The notes under the pieces were generated by a model. The model made no database searches and had not been told where the DNA came from. It saw only the letters and a list, made by a program, of their open reading frames with translations. Below, piece by piece: positions 28,155-41,692 of a stretch of DNA of 64,000 nt (position 1 is the first letter of the stretch; every line of letters starts with the position of its first letter). A program made the translations under genes and the position numbers. This DNA is from the human T2T-CHM13v2.0 reference genome, Homo sapiens: NCBI RefSeq assembly GCF_009914755.1, contig NC_060935.1; one strand, written 5' to 3'.

Positions 28155-28650
28155 ATTATAGTAGCACCTTTTTGGATATAATGTGTGCCCATGTGGATCC
28201 ACTCTCCAGTCTTCTTTCTGCTTTCTGCTCCAGAAGCCTGGCCTATATGGACTGCATTAACAAGCTCTCTACTCCTGTAGCTTCCAGCTGGGTTTGGCTA
28301 TTGGGAGCTACCAGCCAAATAATTAGGTTGTAAAAGACCTCGAGGTCATGGTACCCTTGGTGTTCTTTGCAGGGTAACTAGAAATTGACTACATACCTTT
28401 TAAAAATCCATAGCTCCTCTCAGCTCTTGCCTGAAGCTTCTAGTACTTCTTGGGTAACAACAATTAATTAAGGCATGCTAAGGACTATGGGTAATAGTGT
28501 ATCCCTGCTGTTGCCATTTCCATGGTACTTCACACACTCTGTTGAGTTTCTATCCCTGCCTACACATATATCAATAGTTTCCGTATTGCAAGCCTCAATT
28601 ATTCTGTTTGAGCATGCCAGGTCCTTCCTGCCAGGTCCCTAACTGTTTCA
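28155..28650 (+). mobile_element. LTR33-like ERVL LTR (3' LTR of the first remnant)
   Basis: GGCCTATATGGACTGCATTAACAAGCTC...CTTCCAGCTGGGTTTGGCTATTGGGAG, ending TTTGAGCATGCCAGGTCCTTCCTGCCAGGTCCCTAACTG. Confidence 0.7.
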
Positions 28651-30400
28651 TTTATCAATATTTATAAAATAAAGTGAGCAAGCAATTAAGGAAGGCTGTA
28701 AGTTCTTTTAAATGATTTTGTTTATACAAATAGAATGCCTTTAAAAATATTTTAGCTAAAATTAAATTTTGACAGTAAAATGGCCATAAATTAAATATCA
28801 AGTAATAAGACTTTAGTTATGGTATTTTTTTATAGAGAGACTTGTATTCACATGAGTTTTTTCATGGATTTGGAAGAAGGGATTGCATCACTCATAAGAG
28901 GCAAAGGAAAGAGAACTTCTGGGTATAACTGAGTTCATTCTCAGTGTGCTTGGTTGTTCATCTTCACCCCTTCTTTTTCTCTATCCCAGTTCTTCTGCTT
29001 CTCATTATTTTCTAATCCTTTTATTGTTGCTATCCATCTCCATTAATCCTGCCTAGATCTGCTCGTAGCACCTACTTAGACCCAGTTATTTTTTGGTCCT
29101 GTTTTAGCATTTTGAACTTCTTTGGGACCTAATCCCTGGTTTGGGACGAGAAGATCATTTGTCAGTCTTACCCAAAAGGAGAAACAGAAGTTAATTGGTA
29201 TTTCACTTAAATAATGTTCTTCACCCAAGATTAAGGCTATTGAATTTTATAATATACTATTGAATTTTATAATTTTCATATGATAGAGAGAAAATGACTA
29301 ACTTAAATGTTGGGTACAGGATTGACTGAATGAAATGATTGTTTTCAGCAATGATTCTCATTCTTTGTGGAATTTTTAGAGTTTTAAAGTTTTAATCAAT
29401 TATTATGGCCTAATATATTTGATTTTGTTTTCTCCTTGTTTCCTTATTTCCTGTAAAGTATTATTTATTATATAAATAAATCAATATAACAAAAGGAAAT
29501 TTTATTTTAATACTAAACTGAATATATTATTTTAAGATTTTTCACCTACTCCTAATCTTGAGATAAATAGAACTATCTTGATGTTTTGGAAAGTCAGAAA
29601 ATCAGGTATGAAGTTTTTGTTTATCTTGCATACCAGTTTGCTTTATAGATAAGGAAATGCAAACCGTCTATCAAATTTATCATATTTCAAAAGGTAATTA
29701 TACTAATGATTTCTGCTTTTGGAGAAAATAAATTTATGAGAAATGCTTTGATTTCATTGAATAAATTAACCACAGATATTTAGAAAACAGATTGCTCCTG
29801 AATTCAGATTATTGTTTTCTCTTATTGTTAATATTCCTCATTTGAGGCTGGGAAACAATGATGTTAATTTGGGGCAGGTGGCATAATAAGACCAGCAACA
29901 ATCATTTATTATGGACTTATGAAATCTCATTTCTTCCTTTAAAATAAGATCTTTAGGTATTTTTACCCTATTTTTACAGCTGAGAAAAACTGGGACTGAG
30001 TGAGAGTAAGAAACTGGATTGACAGTGTAGTATCCTGGGGTATAGGTTGGCTATGTCGTTAACTTGCTTTGAAAACTTGCACATAAAACCTAATATCTGA
30101 AGTATGCAGTGCACTCATCTGTGACAAGAAGAATTTAATAGGGTGACTTTCAGGTGTCATTTTAACTTTAACATTTTCATATACTGAGATATTCCTCTCT
30201 GCCATGGTTGAACTTATAATGATGGGCATGTTTATCGTAAGTACAATATCATTAAATATGCCATTAATCTTCATTATCTATTATACTACACCTATTAGAT
30301 AACACTAACATTTTTGTTTTATAGTATCTTTCTTAGCTAAGCTATTTGTGGGATGTCAATTTTATACCATGACTTTTTTTTTAAGTGGAGTCAAACAGGC

Positions 30401-30460
30401 AACCTTAAATGGCTTAACATAGTCTTAAATGGCTTAACATAACCTTAAATGGCTTAACAA
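30401..30460. repeat. 20-bp tandem repeat x3
   Basis: AACCTTAAATGGCTTAACAT / AGTCTTAAATGGCTTAACAT / AACCTTAAATGGCTTAACAA. Confidence 0.95.
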
Positions 30461-32555
30461 ATTTAATAAAATTATTTTTACTTAAGCAAACTCACCAAAG
30501 CAATAAAGACATGATTAAAATTTAATAAAGACAAAATATTTTATGTTTCACAAGAGCAAAAACTCACTGAAAGGTAGGTATAGATTCTTCAGATGGGTCA
30601 ATTATGATGCCAGCTACCCAGAATTCATAATTTTTAATTTTAAAGATAGAAAATGTTGCAACACTATATTCTTTAACAATATATTTACCAACTTTTATTA
30701 AACATATTACTTTGGGATCATTCAATTTTTTATACCATATATATGGTGCAATGATATATATTATGTATATAGTTATATATAATTAAGTTTAGAAAACTTC
30801 AAATTTCTTAAAGAATATTTGTGTTTGAATTAGGTTTTATTTATAATTGACATAGTTTAAATATTAGCAAATATTCTATATTTCATTCCAATATTTATTG
30901 AAGTATAATAACATGTTGGGTATTTCCTTAGGTGCTTTTGTTACGGGGAAGAAAAGACAAGGGGAGGCAACTAGTTTTTTCTTTGAATAGTATTATATGC
31001 TAGATATTGGGCTAATTTATCCCTTATGTATGTAGACAGTCAGATCATTAAATTGTTTAATTAGTATTTTCTATAGGAAACATTTTACTTAGATATCTGA
31101 TTAAATTAAATAAGGCAATATTACCAAGATTGAAGTTATGTATCTAAAATAAATCACTAGACTATAGATTATGTGTCAATTCAATTCAAATTAACAAACA
31201 CTTATTGAGTACTTTCTAATATGTTGAGTCCCATATAGCAATAATTTGAGATTCCAAATTATTATAAGGAATGTTCTTTCACACAAAACTTTATGCAAGA
31301 ACCTTACATTCCCAGCATGTGTCAATTATCTTCCTCTATTAAGGCAGCTGAAATAACCTCCTTAGCAAAGCTCAGCAATGATCTCAACTTCATCTTTGGC
31401 CTCTCCAATGATGTGGCCCTTCTTCTTGCCTTCAGTGGTTAATTTTCTCCTCGCTCTAAAACGTAAAGGTAGATGTCTCTATCGTAAGACAAACCTCTCT
31501 TAAATATCTTTGCATCTTAATGCTTCTCCATGCAACTCTGCTTCTTAATGAAATGTAATATTTGCTTCTTAATGCAACTCTGCAGTCACACCATAACATC
31601 ACATCTCTAAGGGCTAGGTTGTTTCCATGTACTTCTAGAGATCTGTGCATTCACTCATCTTCCAAGTCTTCTGGAGGTATTCCCTGTGACTGTATTTATT
31701 AATAGTTACAGTTCAACTTTCAGTCAGTTTTGTTAAAAATGTCCTTTCACTGCTTCTGTTTTATTTTGCTCAAATCCTACAGCTTTGGTAGCTTCAAATA
31801 CTACATTACTTGGTACATTAAAACAAAAACCACATGTCTTTCTTCCATGATCATCCATGTTCCTTCCCTTGCAACATACCATGGCAACTGGCCTCCTTTT
31901 ACTTTCACTTATAGACTTGTGACTTTATCATTAGTCTTACTTGCCTATTCCTGTGACTTTAACTTTTATATAATAGGTACAATGCTAGACATTGAAAGGT
32001 CAAATATGAATAAGACCCAGTCATTTCCTTCTACATAAAATACGGCACACTAGCAAGTGAACAAATAGATAATCAGGGTGATAGACATCACTGTGTGCAA
32101 GTATGTCTAATGCACTCTGGAATCCATAGGAAGGAACAACTAATTACACTTGGAAGCATTAGGGAAACCCATAAGATGAAATAACATATAAGGAAGATCT
32201 TGAAGAAATTTGCCATATGGAGAAGTTTGGGAATAGAGCATTTCAGGCAAGGAAAACATGTACAAAGAAAAATAACTTATGGCATCAGTATCCATCCATT
32301 CAGTTAAGTTATAAACCTTATATTTTCAGATTTGAATTTTTTTCTAACTTGTCTTTCAAATCCAGCCAATTTCAGATCCTTTTGTGCTCTCAATATATCC
32401 TTTACCTACTTTTCTTTCTTCTACATTGTCCCAAAAAGTATCTTTCTAAATTATATGGTCCTTATTTTTGCTTAAAACTATTGGCTGCTTTCACATTGCA
32501 TAATAATAGAATCAAGCTCTTTAATTTGTTGTTTGATGTTTTCTGGTCTCATTTC

Positions 32556-33085
32556 TGTCAAAGCAAAACCCGTATGAGACAATATCAAAGGCAGGAAAGA
32601 CTAAGACAATCACAATAGTGGAGAAAGGCCTGAACTCACTTCAAGCTCAACTCTACTAAAACACGGGCCTGGAGAGCTTTTAAGAGCTGGGCTGGGGATG
32701 AGGGGTCATAGGCCATCTATATTTACCAATGGCTTTACCCAAAGTTAAATTTAACTTTCTCATAGCTTCATGACAGGAATAGTTTTTACAACTTGGAGCA
32801 AGGAACCTGCTAAATTTAGGCTCCTACCCTCCCACAGAAACTGAGATAGGGGTGTTTTCTTCCTTGATAATCACATATCAAGGAATGACATTGCTGCATT
32901 GAAAAAAATTGACAAGGAGCTTTTAAAAATATTCACATGTCCAAGGGGCAGAGAAAGAACTTACAATGACAGGTTTTTTAAATAAGTGCTCTAAAAAAAT
33001 TGGCCAGGGGCCTAAAATCAGTAAGAAGCTTGTCTAAAAGTTTTCTCAACTTGCTGGGAGAGGAATGTCAAGGATGTCTTGGTCA
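32556..33085 (-). mobile_element. MER67-like ERV1 solo LTR
   Basis: TGTCAAAG...GGAGAAAGGCCTGAACTC...AGCTCAACTC...GGAGAGCTTTTAAGAGCTGGG...CTTGGTCA, with TG/CA termini and flanks TTTC/TCTC. Confidence 0.65.
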
Positions 33086-33890
33086 TCTCCAAATCTCCAA
33101 CTTCCTCTAGTTATATTCACCTAGTTCCCCTTCTCTGAATATGCCACTTGCATTCTTACTTTCATGTCAGGATTGTGCCAAATTATTTTCTTAGAGCAGT
33201 AGAATTCCATTTAAAACCTCTCAATGGTGTTCACTGTTGTTATTATATAGTTTTTAACATGGCCTACAAGTCTTGTCTAACTGGTCTTGACTAGGGTTTC
33301 AGCCCACCTTGTATTATCCTCCTTCAGTACTCCGCTCCACTATAAGGCTTTTTGTTGTGGTTTTGGTGGTTTTTAAAAATCAGTTTTTGAGTGTGTCCTA
33401 CTTCCTTATATCAAACAGTCTTTGTATATAAAATTTTCTTTTTAAAATTTCATCCTTCCCTCTGCCTAATTAACTCTAGCATGCTTAAGCAACAGTTTCT
33501 TGGGGTACTTTTGTGTATCATTTTACATGTTTTTATGGATGCACATTCTTTGTCTTCATATAATATGCTTTACACTGTATATATTCATTAAGAAGATTAC
33601 TTAAGTCATTTCTGTCTCCTATATTAGATTGTAATAGATCAGGGAAATTATATCTTTATTACTTATCCCAATGCCTGGAACATAGGGGTTCTCAAAAAAG
33701 AGAACATAGGAGTTCTTATAAAAAGAGTGCATAAACAAATAAATGGGTGCATGAATCCTTCAAGAGTTAATTCTAATATTATTTCTTTGGTTAAATCTTT
33801 TCTCCTCCTTTAGAGGCAGGGTTAAACACTCTCTCACCTGTGTATGTACATCTGGTCATTGCACATAAATTCAAAATAGTATTAATTACA

Positions 33891-34025
33891 GGCCAGGCGC
33901 GGTGGCTCACGCCTGTAATCCCAGCACTTTGGGAGGCCGAGGTCTCAAACTCCTGACCTCAAGTGATCCACCCACCTCGGCTTCCCAAAGTGTTGGGATT
34001 ACAGGCTTGAGCTACCGCGCCGGTT
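33891..34025. mobile_element. Fusion of two oppositely oriented Alu 5' fragments (hairpin)
   Basis: Sense Alu nt ~1-53 (33891-33943) is joined at GGT to antisense Alu nt ~85-1 (33941-34025). No A-tail and no TSD. Confidence 0.93.
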
Positions 34026-35785
34026 GAACTAAGTCTTAAAGCATTAGAGAAACATCTGGTTTTCAAATAAGTAAGGTTCAAATATGTTAGCTTGGCTGAA
34101 AAAACAAAACAAAACAAAAATAGCATCACACTTGAAGCTAAAATACATTGTAGTGTAGTGCTGGGAAACTACAGTCTGTGTAGCAGAAGGCATGCAGTTA
34201 CTAGGTTGTGAGCAAAATATCAGAGAATTAAGATACAAACACTGGCACAACTTTCTTGTTTTAAGGTACAAGTTCAAAAATTATGTTCTATGTTATGAGG
34301 GTTATTATGAATTCACTGGTCTGTTCAACCACTGCTACAAAAATTCAATAATAGACAGCAGTTTTTAAATCTTTTATTTTTGCTTTCTTCTTTTCTGCAT
34401 TTCTTTTTTTCCATTTCTTTCATTTCAAATGTGTTTTCTTTTTCTTAACAAAAAATATATAGAAATAGTGTAAAATGACTTGAAAATACAAACATTTGTG
34501 ATAAAAATTTAAAACTAAACTATATACATTCCAGTGACCTTTGTAGTTGTTTTGGTGTATGACATTATAAACTTTTATGCTTAAATTAAGGCTATTTACA
34601 TAATTTCTGACAATAAGGAGGATAATTTATGTCCCTGATAATATAGCTTCCCTTTGATCTTTGCAGAGCAGGAAAGTGTGCACACAGACATCACACACAT
34701 TATAAATGACTTTTATTCCTCTCTGTCAGCTACAGTGCTTTAGATGAAAGCGTTCTGACTTGAGAATGCCAAATGTCAATATCTGTTCTCTTTTATCCCA
34801 GTCATGAGATGTGTAGTGTCTAAATGTATGTAGAGAGGGAGGGAGTCCCGGCAGGGCAATGCGGTGGGGCAATGGATACTTAGGAAAGCAGTATTCCTTT
34901 ACCGGGTTTCTGACTGAAACACAGCCTTGACTTTCAGTTAAGGTAAGAAATGGGGATAAGCAGAGCCTAAGGCTAGTTTTGTTAATTGGTGTTTTAATTC
35001 AGAGGCTGAAGTATACAAAGAGAGGCCACTAAATCTTGCTCCTAGTAGACATTCTTCCTTGACACTGGTGAATGTAAGACTGCTAGTCTAAATTTTCAGT
35101 GCTGATATGAGTACTTCATTGTTGAGTAGTTTTCTAATAATATTTTCATGTATAGAGAGATGATACAATAGAGATTCCTGCATTGACATCATCTTAACTT
35201 AAATGTTATTGTTTTCCTTTTAATGAATAAATAGTTTAATGATTTTTTTTTCTGTTGAAAATGCTTATTCACTTTGGATAATAGGAGCTTGGTTTATTCT
35301 AAGCCATATCAGTCATCATTTTGAAAAGGCTCCCCAAAATATAGTTATATTTGACTGGAAGATAAGAACTCATGAAGATGTTTTCATAATCAGTTTTCAA
35401 ATGTCTTGTCTCTGTCATTCCCAAAGAGGGATGATAGTCACTTTATTACTCCTAAGCATCCCCAGAAAATTAATTGTGTTTTTCAGTTAACCTATAACAT
35501 TAGTGGCCTTCCATATGATTAGACTTTCAAAATATGTTAATTTAATAGTCTTTTCTTAAACATCTTTTCTCTCTAGTATCTATCACTTTCTACTTCTTGA
35601 GACTATAAAGAGCAAATAAAATTTTAGAGTAAAGATGGACAAATTCTATCAATAGCAATTTTAAAATTCTGTGCTTTTGAAGTTTAGACAATATCCCCCT
35701 ACTTTTATCATTCTATTACAATGGGTACTTAATTTTTGTATACTTTTCATAATGTTTAGAAACCTAGTAAGTTTATTTAGACTTC

Positions 35786-36735
35786 TGTGGGTGCCTTTAG
35801 GCATGTGATGAATATTTTTTGCTCTTTAAGATTCACTTAATACCTCCCTCCACCTGGCTTTCTGCCCAAGTGTCTGACAAATGGGCTCTATGTCTTCTAG
35901 ATTCTAGTCAATGTGAAGTCTGGCAAGAGATCTAGATGGAGTGAAAGAGTAGAATCAGCATATTTATTTTCCAAGCTTCATCATTCCTAGGTCAACTCAA
36001 GTTAGTTGTATCACTTGTATGAAGGATAAAGCTCCTTTCAAGCACATACTCTATATAATTGTATTGGGTTGCGTAGTAGTCACTCCCCTTTCCACCCAAA
36101 CAAAATTTATGTGCTTCTCAGAGTTCCAGATGTGACCTAATTTGGAAGTAGCATCTCTGTAAATGTAATTAGTTAAAATGAGGTCATACTGGCATATGGC
36201 GGGCCCTAAATTCAATATGACTTGTCTTTATAAGAAGAGAAAAAAACACAGAGACATAAATAAATACAGGGAAGATAGCCATGTGAAGATGGAGGTAGAT
36301 ATTGTACTTATGCAGCTATAAGCCAAAGAACATCAAACATGTTCCTGTACAACCTCATGAAGCCAGGAAGAGGCAAGGGTAGATTCTCCTCTAGAATCTC
36401 CAGAGAGAGCTCGGCTCTGCTGACTCTTTGATTTCGGACTTCTAGCCTCCAGAATGGTTACAGTATATTTTGGTTTTTTTAAGCCACCCAGTGTGTTTGT
36501 GTGTGTGACCTAAAACCTTAATACAACTACTTTCTCCATCAGAATTCAGGCAATTTATTACTTCTATTGTGTCTTTGGGTCCAGGAGTGGTAACAGTTAT
36601 ATCTCTCATTAATGTATAACGTTTGTAGCTTCTTTCCATTGCTACAGTTGTGAATTACCTCTTTATAAGGAAGCACTCCTCAAATTATCTTGTTTCAAGT
36701 ATGCTATCTGTTTCTTAATGAAAAAACTAATTGTT
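35786..36735 (+). mobile_element. LTR33-like LTR (5' LTR of the second ERVL remnant), split by an MLT1
   Basis: Degenerate similarity to 28155-28650, ending TTTCAAGTATGCTATCTGTTTC. Confidence 0.55.
36060..36525 (+). mobile_element. MLT1B/C-like MaLR LTR
   Basis: ATGTGACCTAATTTGGAA...GTAATTAGTTAAAATGAGGTCATACTGG...GGACTTCTAGCCTCCAGAA...AAGCCACCCAGT...TAATACA. Confidence 0.8.
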
Positions 36736-36739
36736 GGCT

Positions 36740-39100
36740 AATTGGTCCTGCAAGTGATCAGAAAAGTAGCAATCGAATACATTTCTGAGATTAGGCTGGT
36801 CCATACTTTGAAGGAACAGAGGAATAATTTTCTTGTCTAGAGAAAATGAGACATGTCTAATCCTTACCTCAACTGACAGCATGACATGAAATGCAGGTAG
36901 AAGGCCAGGCTTTGGAAAATCACATAGCTGTAGCAACAAATCATTAGGGCAATATAGGTGACTATAAAAATTGTGGAATCACATATCTTCTTAGGCTAGC
37001 TCTAGGAATCACATAGACAGAAAAAAGTCAAAACTATTATCATGTAATTAAAGTTATCTGATTAAAATTGGAAGTCCTCCATAGCAGCTTTAAAGGAAGA
37101 TGTTATCTGTCCTATGAGGACCAAATGTGGCTACTGATTGGAATGATTAAAGACCTTGAAGTACCAAATAAATGCTCAGTTTCACCAGCTCTCTTACACT
37201 AATGTGAACACTGTTGAAGAAGCAGCAGGAACTTGAGACATAGGATTGTTACATATGTACACTCATGGATGAAGCTAAGAACTTTGAACCTCATGTTTCT
37301 CTAAATACCTTTTACTCTTTCAGGTAACATGCTTCTCTTGTAAAGAAATGGTCTTATACATTTAGAAGCATTTTGACGGGTGCACTACTGATAGAAGCAA
37401 GCATTTTTCCTTGGTATCCAATCCAGTCCCTCATATTACCTGAAGGCCTGTCCTTGACAGGGGTGCACTTACCAGGGATTCTGTTTTTAATTAGTGGCCT
37501 CAACACTGGAGACTAGATTTAATAGTTGATTTGATTGGGTAGTTGAAGCCTGGATGCAATGTGGCCTTTACTTAATGAGACTTTATGCCAGAAGTTCCTT
37601 GTCACACTGCAGAGAAAGGAATCTGAAAGGTCCCAGAAATTAGTATCTTGGAATGAATTTATTATAAGAAATATTCTCAGCTACCTGTAAGCCACACCCC
37701 CTGTCAGTAAGAGAGGTCATGCCCTTCATTAAAGAATTAAGAAATATATTGGTTACAGCATACCAGTATCTCTAGAGAAACCACTGATTTTCCTCTGTAC
37801 ATGAGAAATTAAGTGAGAAAGAAGGTGAAAATGGTGCTGTAATAGGGCTAAATTCCATGATTTCAGTGCAAAAAAAATGAGATCCCAGTGTGACAGAGCT
37901 TGGTGCTATTGCTTAAATATCATAGGCAAGGTAGAAGCAATTAATAAACTACAAAGATTATATAGAAACCAGACTGTTTGAACATACAAGTATTTATGAC
38001 AGTTCTAACTAATCACGGGATCCTTAAATGAAATTTGCAGCTGGATGTGGTTCTGCTTGACATTTATAGGTGGAAATTTCAAATATTTTGGTCAGAAATC
38101 TGAATCTAGCTTATATTGTAGAGATTTATGTACTCTTACTTTATGTAGGGGCTTAAGCCCACTAACAAACTGAGTGCTACATAAAGAAAGGCTGAGATCC
38201 TAGGTCAAAGATCCTACCATCTAGCCATGGGTTTAGCCACTAAAGTTACTCGAGTTACTTGAGCCACTAAAATTACCATCTAGCGATTAAAGTTCACTCG
38301 AGACTTTCTCAAAGGAACATGAAGAATCACCAAGTTGATTATACACTGAGAAAATACCCCCTTTCCCCTGCAGATATTCCTAGAGTTAATTGATATAGAC
38401 TTTTTGTGCTTATCCCAAAAGACCCTAAATGTTACAAGACATGAATTAATGTAGTTGAGTGACAATTGAAGAGTTGACCTAAGTCAGTCTCACAGGGATC
38501 CAATGGAACCATGGAGGCTTACTGGGGTTATTTACTCAGTCCTAGAAAATATATTGAGAAATAAATATACTTAGTTTCTGTCAGAATCTTTGCACTTCTC
38601 ACAAAAACTTACAGAGGTGGGAAGGGTGTTAAAGTATTATTTTGGTGAGAAGAATACAAAATTGTTCTATATAAATGCCCTCACTAGATGGCAAACTAAA
38701 AATGATACTACCTACCTTGGAAAAATTGCCAAGATAATAGGCAGTAAATTGAGAAATATGGTGATTCTTACCACATCCACACTTAACTTATCTGTTTGGC
38801 CAATGCAAAAACAAAAAGAGTTATAAAAATTAACTAATTGTTCAGACGTTGATATAAATTATTGCTTTGGTTCTGGATGTGGTAACTTTATTGGAGAAAC
38901 CTAATACAGCCTTTCACACATAGTATGTAGATATTGACTTAGAATATACCTTTATTATTGTTTTTGTATTTCCATCATAAAGAGAAATCATAGATAAGTT
39001 GAATTCGTATAGAAAAGACTAAAATATAACTTTAGTCTCTTAAACTGTGGCCTTTATCCTGATTTCCATTCTTCTCCATCCTGTCATTATTTCATAGAAT
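36740..39100 (+). mobile_element. Second degenerate ERVL internal region (leader, gag, part of pol)
   Basis: 37830-38100 parallels the gag-end sequence at 23800-24060. RT-like CTTATCTGTTTGGCCAATGCAAAAA and ATGTAGATATTGACTTAGAATATACC are present. Confidence 0.6.
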
Positions 39101-39146
39101 ATCATAAAGGAGTGAAAACCAATGAAATACATGGAGATCTACATAA

Positions 39147-39449
39147 TTTTTTTTTCTTTTTTTTTTGAGACGGAGTCTTGCTCTGTCGCCCAGGCTGGAG
39201 AGCGGTGGCGCGATCTCTGCTCACTGCAAGCTCCGCCTCTCAGGTTCACGCCATTCTCCTGCCTCAGCCTCCTGAGTAGCTGGGGCTACAGGCGCCCGCC
39301 ACCACACCCGGCTAATTTTTTTGTATTTTTTAGTAGAGACGAGGTTTCACTGTGTTAGCCAGGATGGTCTTGATCTCCTGACCTCGTGATCTGCCCGCCT
39401 CGGCAGCCCAAAGTGCTGGGATTACAGGCGTGAGCCACCGCGCCCGGCT
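39147..39449 (-). mobile_element. AluY
   Basis: GCAAGCTCCGCC...TTCACGCCATTCTCC and TTAGCCAGGATGGTCT. 16-bp TSD GATCTACATAATTTTT (39136/39451). Confidence 0.95.
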
Positions 39450-39469
39450 GGATCTACATAATTTTTAAG

Positions 39470-40097
39470 AAATTTATTTCAGCAAGAAACTACCTGCTTG
39501 GACTGAACAAGACAAAAAGAGTGCAAAATAAAAAGAGACTGTTGGAACTCCAGAATTCTACTGGCAGAAATTAGGCTGATATAATTTATTTATAAATACA
39601 TGCTGCTTTTTATGTAAAAGGGAAGTTTGACTCAGAAGGCAAAACCAAGAGCCCAAATAGTAGAAGTAGGAGTCAGGGAAGATTATTCCTAGGCTTTGAA
39701 ACCTATAAACCAATAACTATGGCTGGAATTTGTCCGCATGAATGTCAAAACTGTAATGGACCAGTGACTCCTTTTTACCTTCACTTTTCCATTTCTGATC
39801 CAGAATAACTATAGCTATTGTTCTATACATGTCCCATTATTGATTAGCTGTGTTTGGGAATGACCATTTTTCTCTTTAGTTTTACAGGTCCACAGATGGT
39901 AAATAATTGTACCCAAAAAGCTGTAGTTACTAGTTTATAACCAGGAGTCTCATCTCTACCTGGACTTGATCTAGATGATGAGATTATGGACTTTGAGCAA
40001 ATGCTGTAAGGGGATGACACTGTTAGGAAACTTGCTAGGTGATGAGTGCATTTAGCATGTGAAAGGACTGTGAAGCACTGGGGGCTGGATGGCAGAA
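39470..40097 (+). mobile_element. MLT1-int (MaLR internal) 3' part
   Basis: GACTCAGAAGGCAAAACCAAGAGCC...GATTATTCCTAGGCTTTGAAACC...TTTAGCATGTGAAAGGACTGTGAAGCACTGGGGGC directly precedes an LTR. Confidence 0.6.
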
Positions 40098-40491
40098 TGT
40101 GGCAGTCTCTAAGTTTACCTATAGTGATTCCTTCCTCTTTATGTTCACACCTTTATTGCTCTGGTTCTGAGATATAGGAAACCATGTGCAAGGAACAGGG
40201 AGAAGCATCTAAAAGTAAAGAACTGTCATCAGCTGATATCCAAGAAGAAAATGAGAATCTTGGAATGCTGTCACAGGTAACTGAATTTTATAAACCACCA
40301 AACAGAGACTGGAAGCAGATTCTACCCAAGAATCTCCAGATACTAGCCCAGGCTGGAAAACATTATTTGGGGCTGGTGAGACCCAGGGAATAAACTAGTT
40401 GACCTACCTGAACTGTGAGATGGTATTTTGTGTTTTTGAAGCAAACTTTGTGATAACTTGTCATGGCAGGCAGCAATAAAAAACCAAAACA
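40098..40491 (+). mobile_element. MLT1 (E/F/G-like) LTR
   Basis: Starts TGTGGCAGTCTCTAAG and ends AACTGTGAGATG...GCAGCAATAAAAAACCAAAACA. Confidence 0.65.
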
Positions 40492-41692
40492 ATCTATGGA
40501 GAAAAAGATGAAGGTGATAGATACAGAAAACATATCATGGTGTAAAATAAAATGAAATTGATATATGGTGTATCGAAAAATCAGTAAGTGCCACAAACAC
40601 TATTATCTAAATATGTTGAAATAAATATCAGAAAAATAAAGTAGCTAAAAGTGTTCAAAGGGATTTACCCCAGAGATCACAAATGAGGGTGGTATAAAGG
40701 TTTAAAGCTGAGGACTGCTTTTAGCATTATTTGCCTTTTAAATGTATGTATATATGCAAATCAATAAATGTGATTCACCAGATAAACAATTAAAAACAAA
40801 GAAAAACCCATATGATCATCTCAATAGATACGGAAAATGCTTTGGATAAAATCCAAATCTCTTCATGATAAAAACCCTGAACAAACCAGGCATCAAAGAA
40901 ACAAACCTCAAAATAATGAATCATCCATAAGAAATCTGCAGCCAACATTATACTGAATAAGTAAAAGCTGGAGACATTCCCCTTATGAACAGGAACGAGA
41001 CAAGAAAGCCCTCTCACCAACTCCTATTCAACATAGTCCTGAAAGTCCTAGCCAGAACAATCAGGTGAGAGAAGGAAATAAAAGATATCCATACAGGAAA
41101 ATAAGAAGTCAAATTATCTCTCTTCACTGATGATATGATTCTATACCTAGAAAACCTTAAAGGGTCTGCCAAAAGGCACCTAGAACTGAAAAATGACTTC
41201 AGAAAAGATTTAGGATACAAAATCAATGTACAAAAATTGGTAGCATTTCTACACACCAATAATATTCAAAGCTGAGAGCCAAATCAAGAAATTAACTCCA
41301 TTTACAATAGCCACAAAAAAATAAAACATCTAGGAATACAGTTAACCAAAGAGGAGAAGATCTCTACAAAGATAAATACAAAACACTGCTGAAAGAACTC
41401 ACAGATGACACAAACAAATGGAAAAACAATCCATGCTCATGGATTGGAAGAATCAATATTGTTAAAATGACCATAAGCCCAAATCAATGCTGTTCCTATC
41501 AAACAACCAATATCATTTTTCACAGAATTGGAAAACTATTCTAAAATTCACATAGAACCGAAAAATTTCTCAAATAGCCAAAGCAATTATAAGCAAAAAG
41601 AACAAAGCTGGAGGCATCACATTACCTGACTTCAAACTATACTTTAAGGCTACAAAACAGTATGGTACTGGTACAAAAACAGACTCATAGAC

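Noticed and set aside
30401-30460. Short triple repeats (also ~26555-26600, 29237-29273 and 54867-54923) as a possible CRISPR-like array
   Set aside because: The units are directly adjacent with no unique spacers, and the context is eukaryotic. These are ordinary slippage duplications.
32217-32618. Longest ORF (133 aa)
   Set aside because: Low-complexity AT-rich frame that runs from L2-like sequence into an LTR. No domain and no splice support.
38678-38695. CTCF-like CCCTCACTAGATGGCAA
   Set aside because: It mismatches the first core C and lies in a decayed ERVL. Too weak to call without ChIP data.
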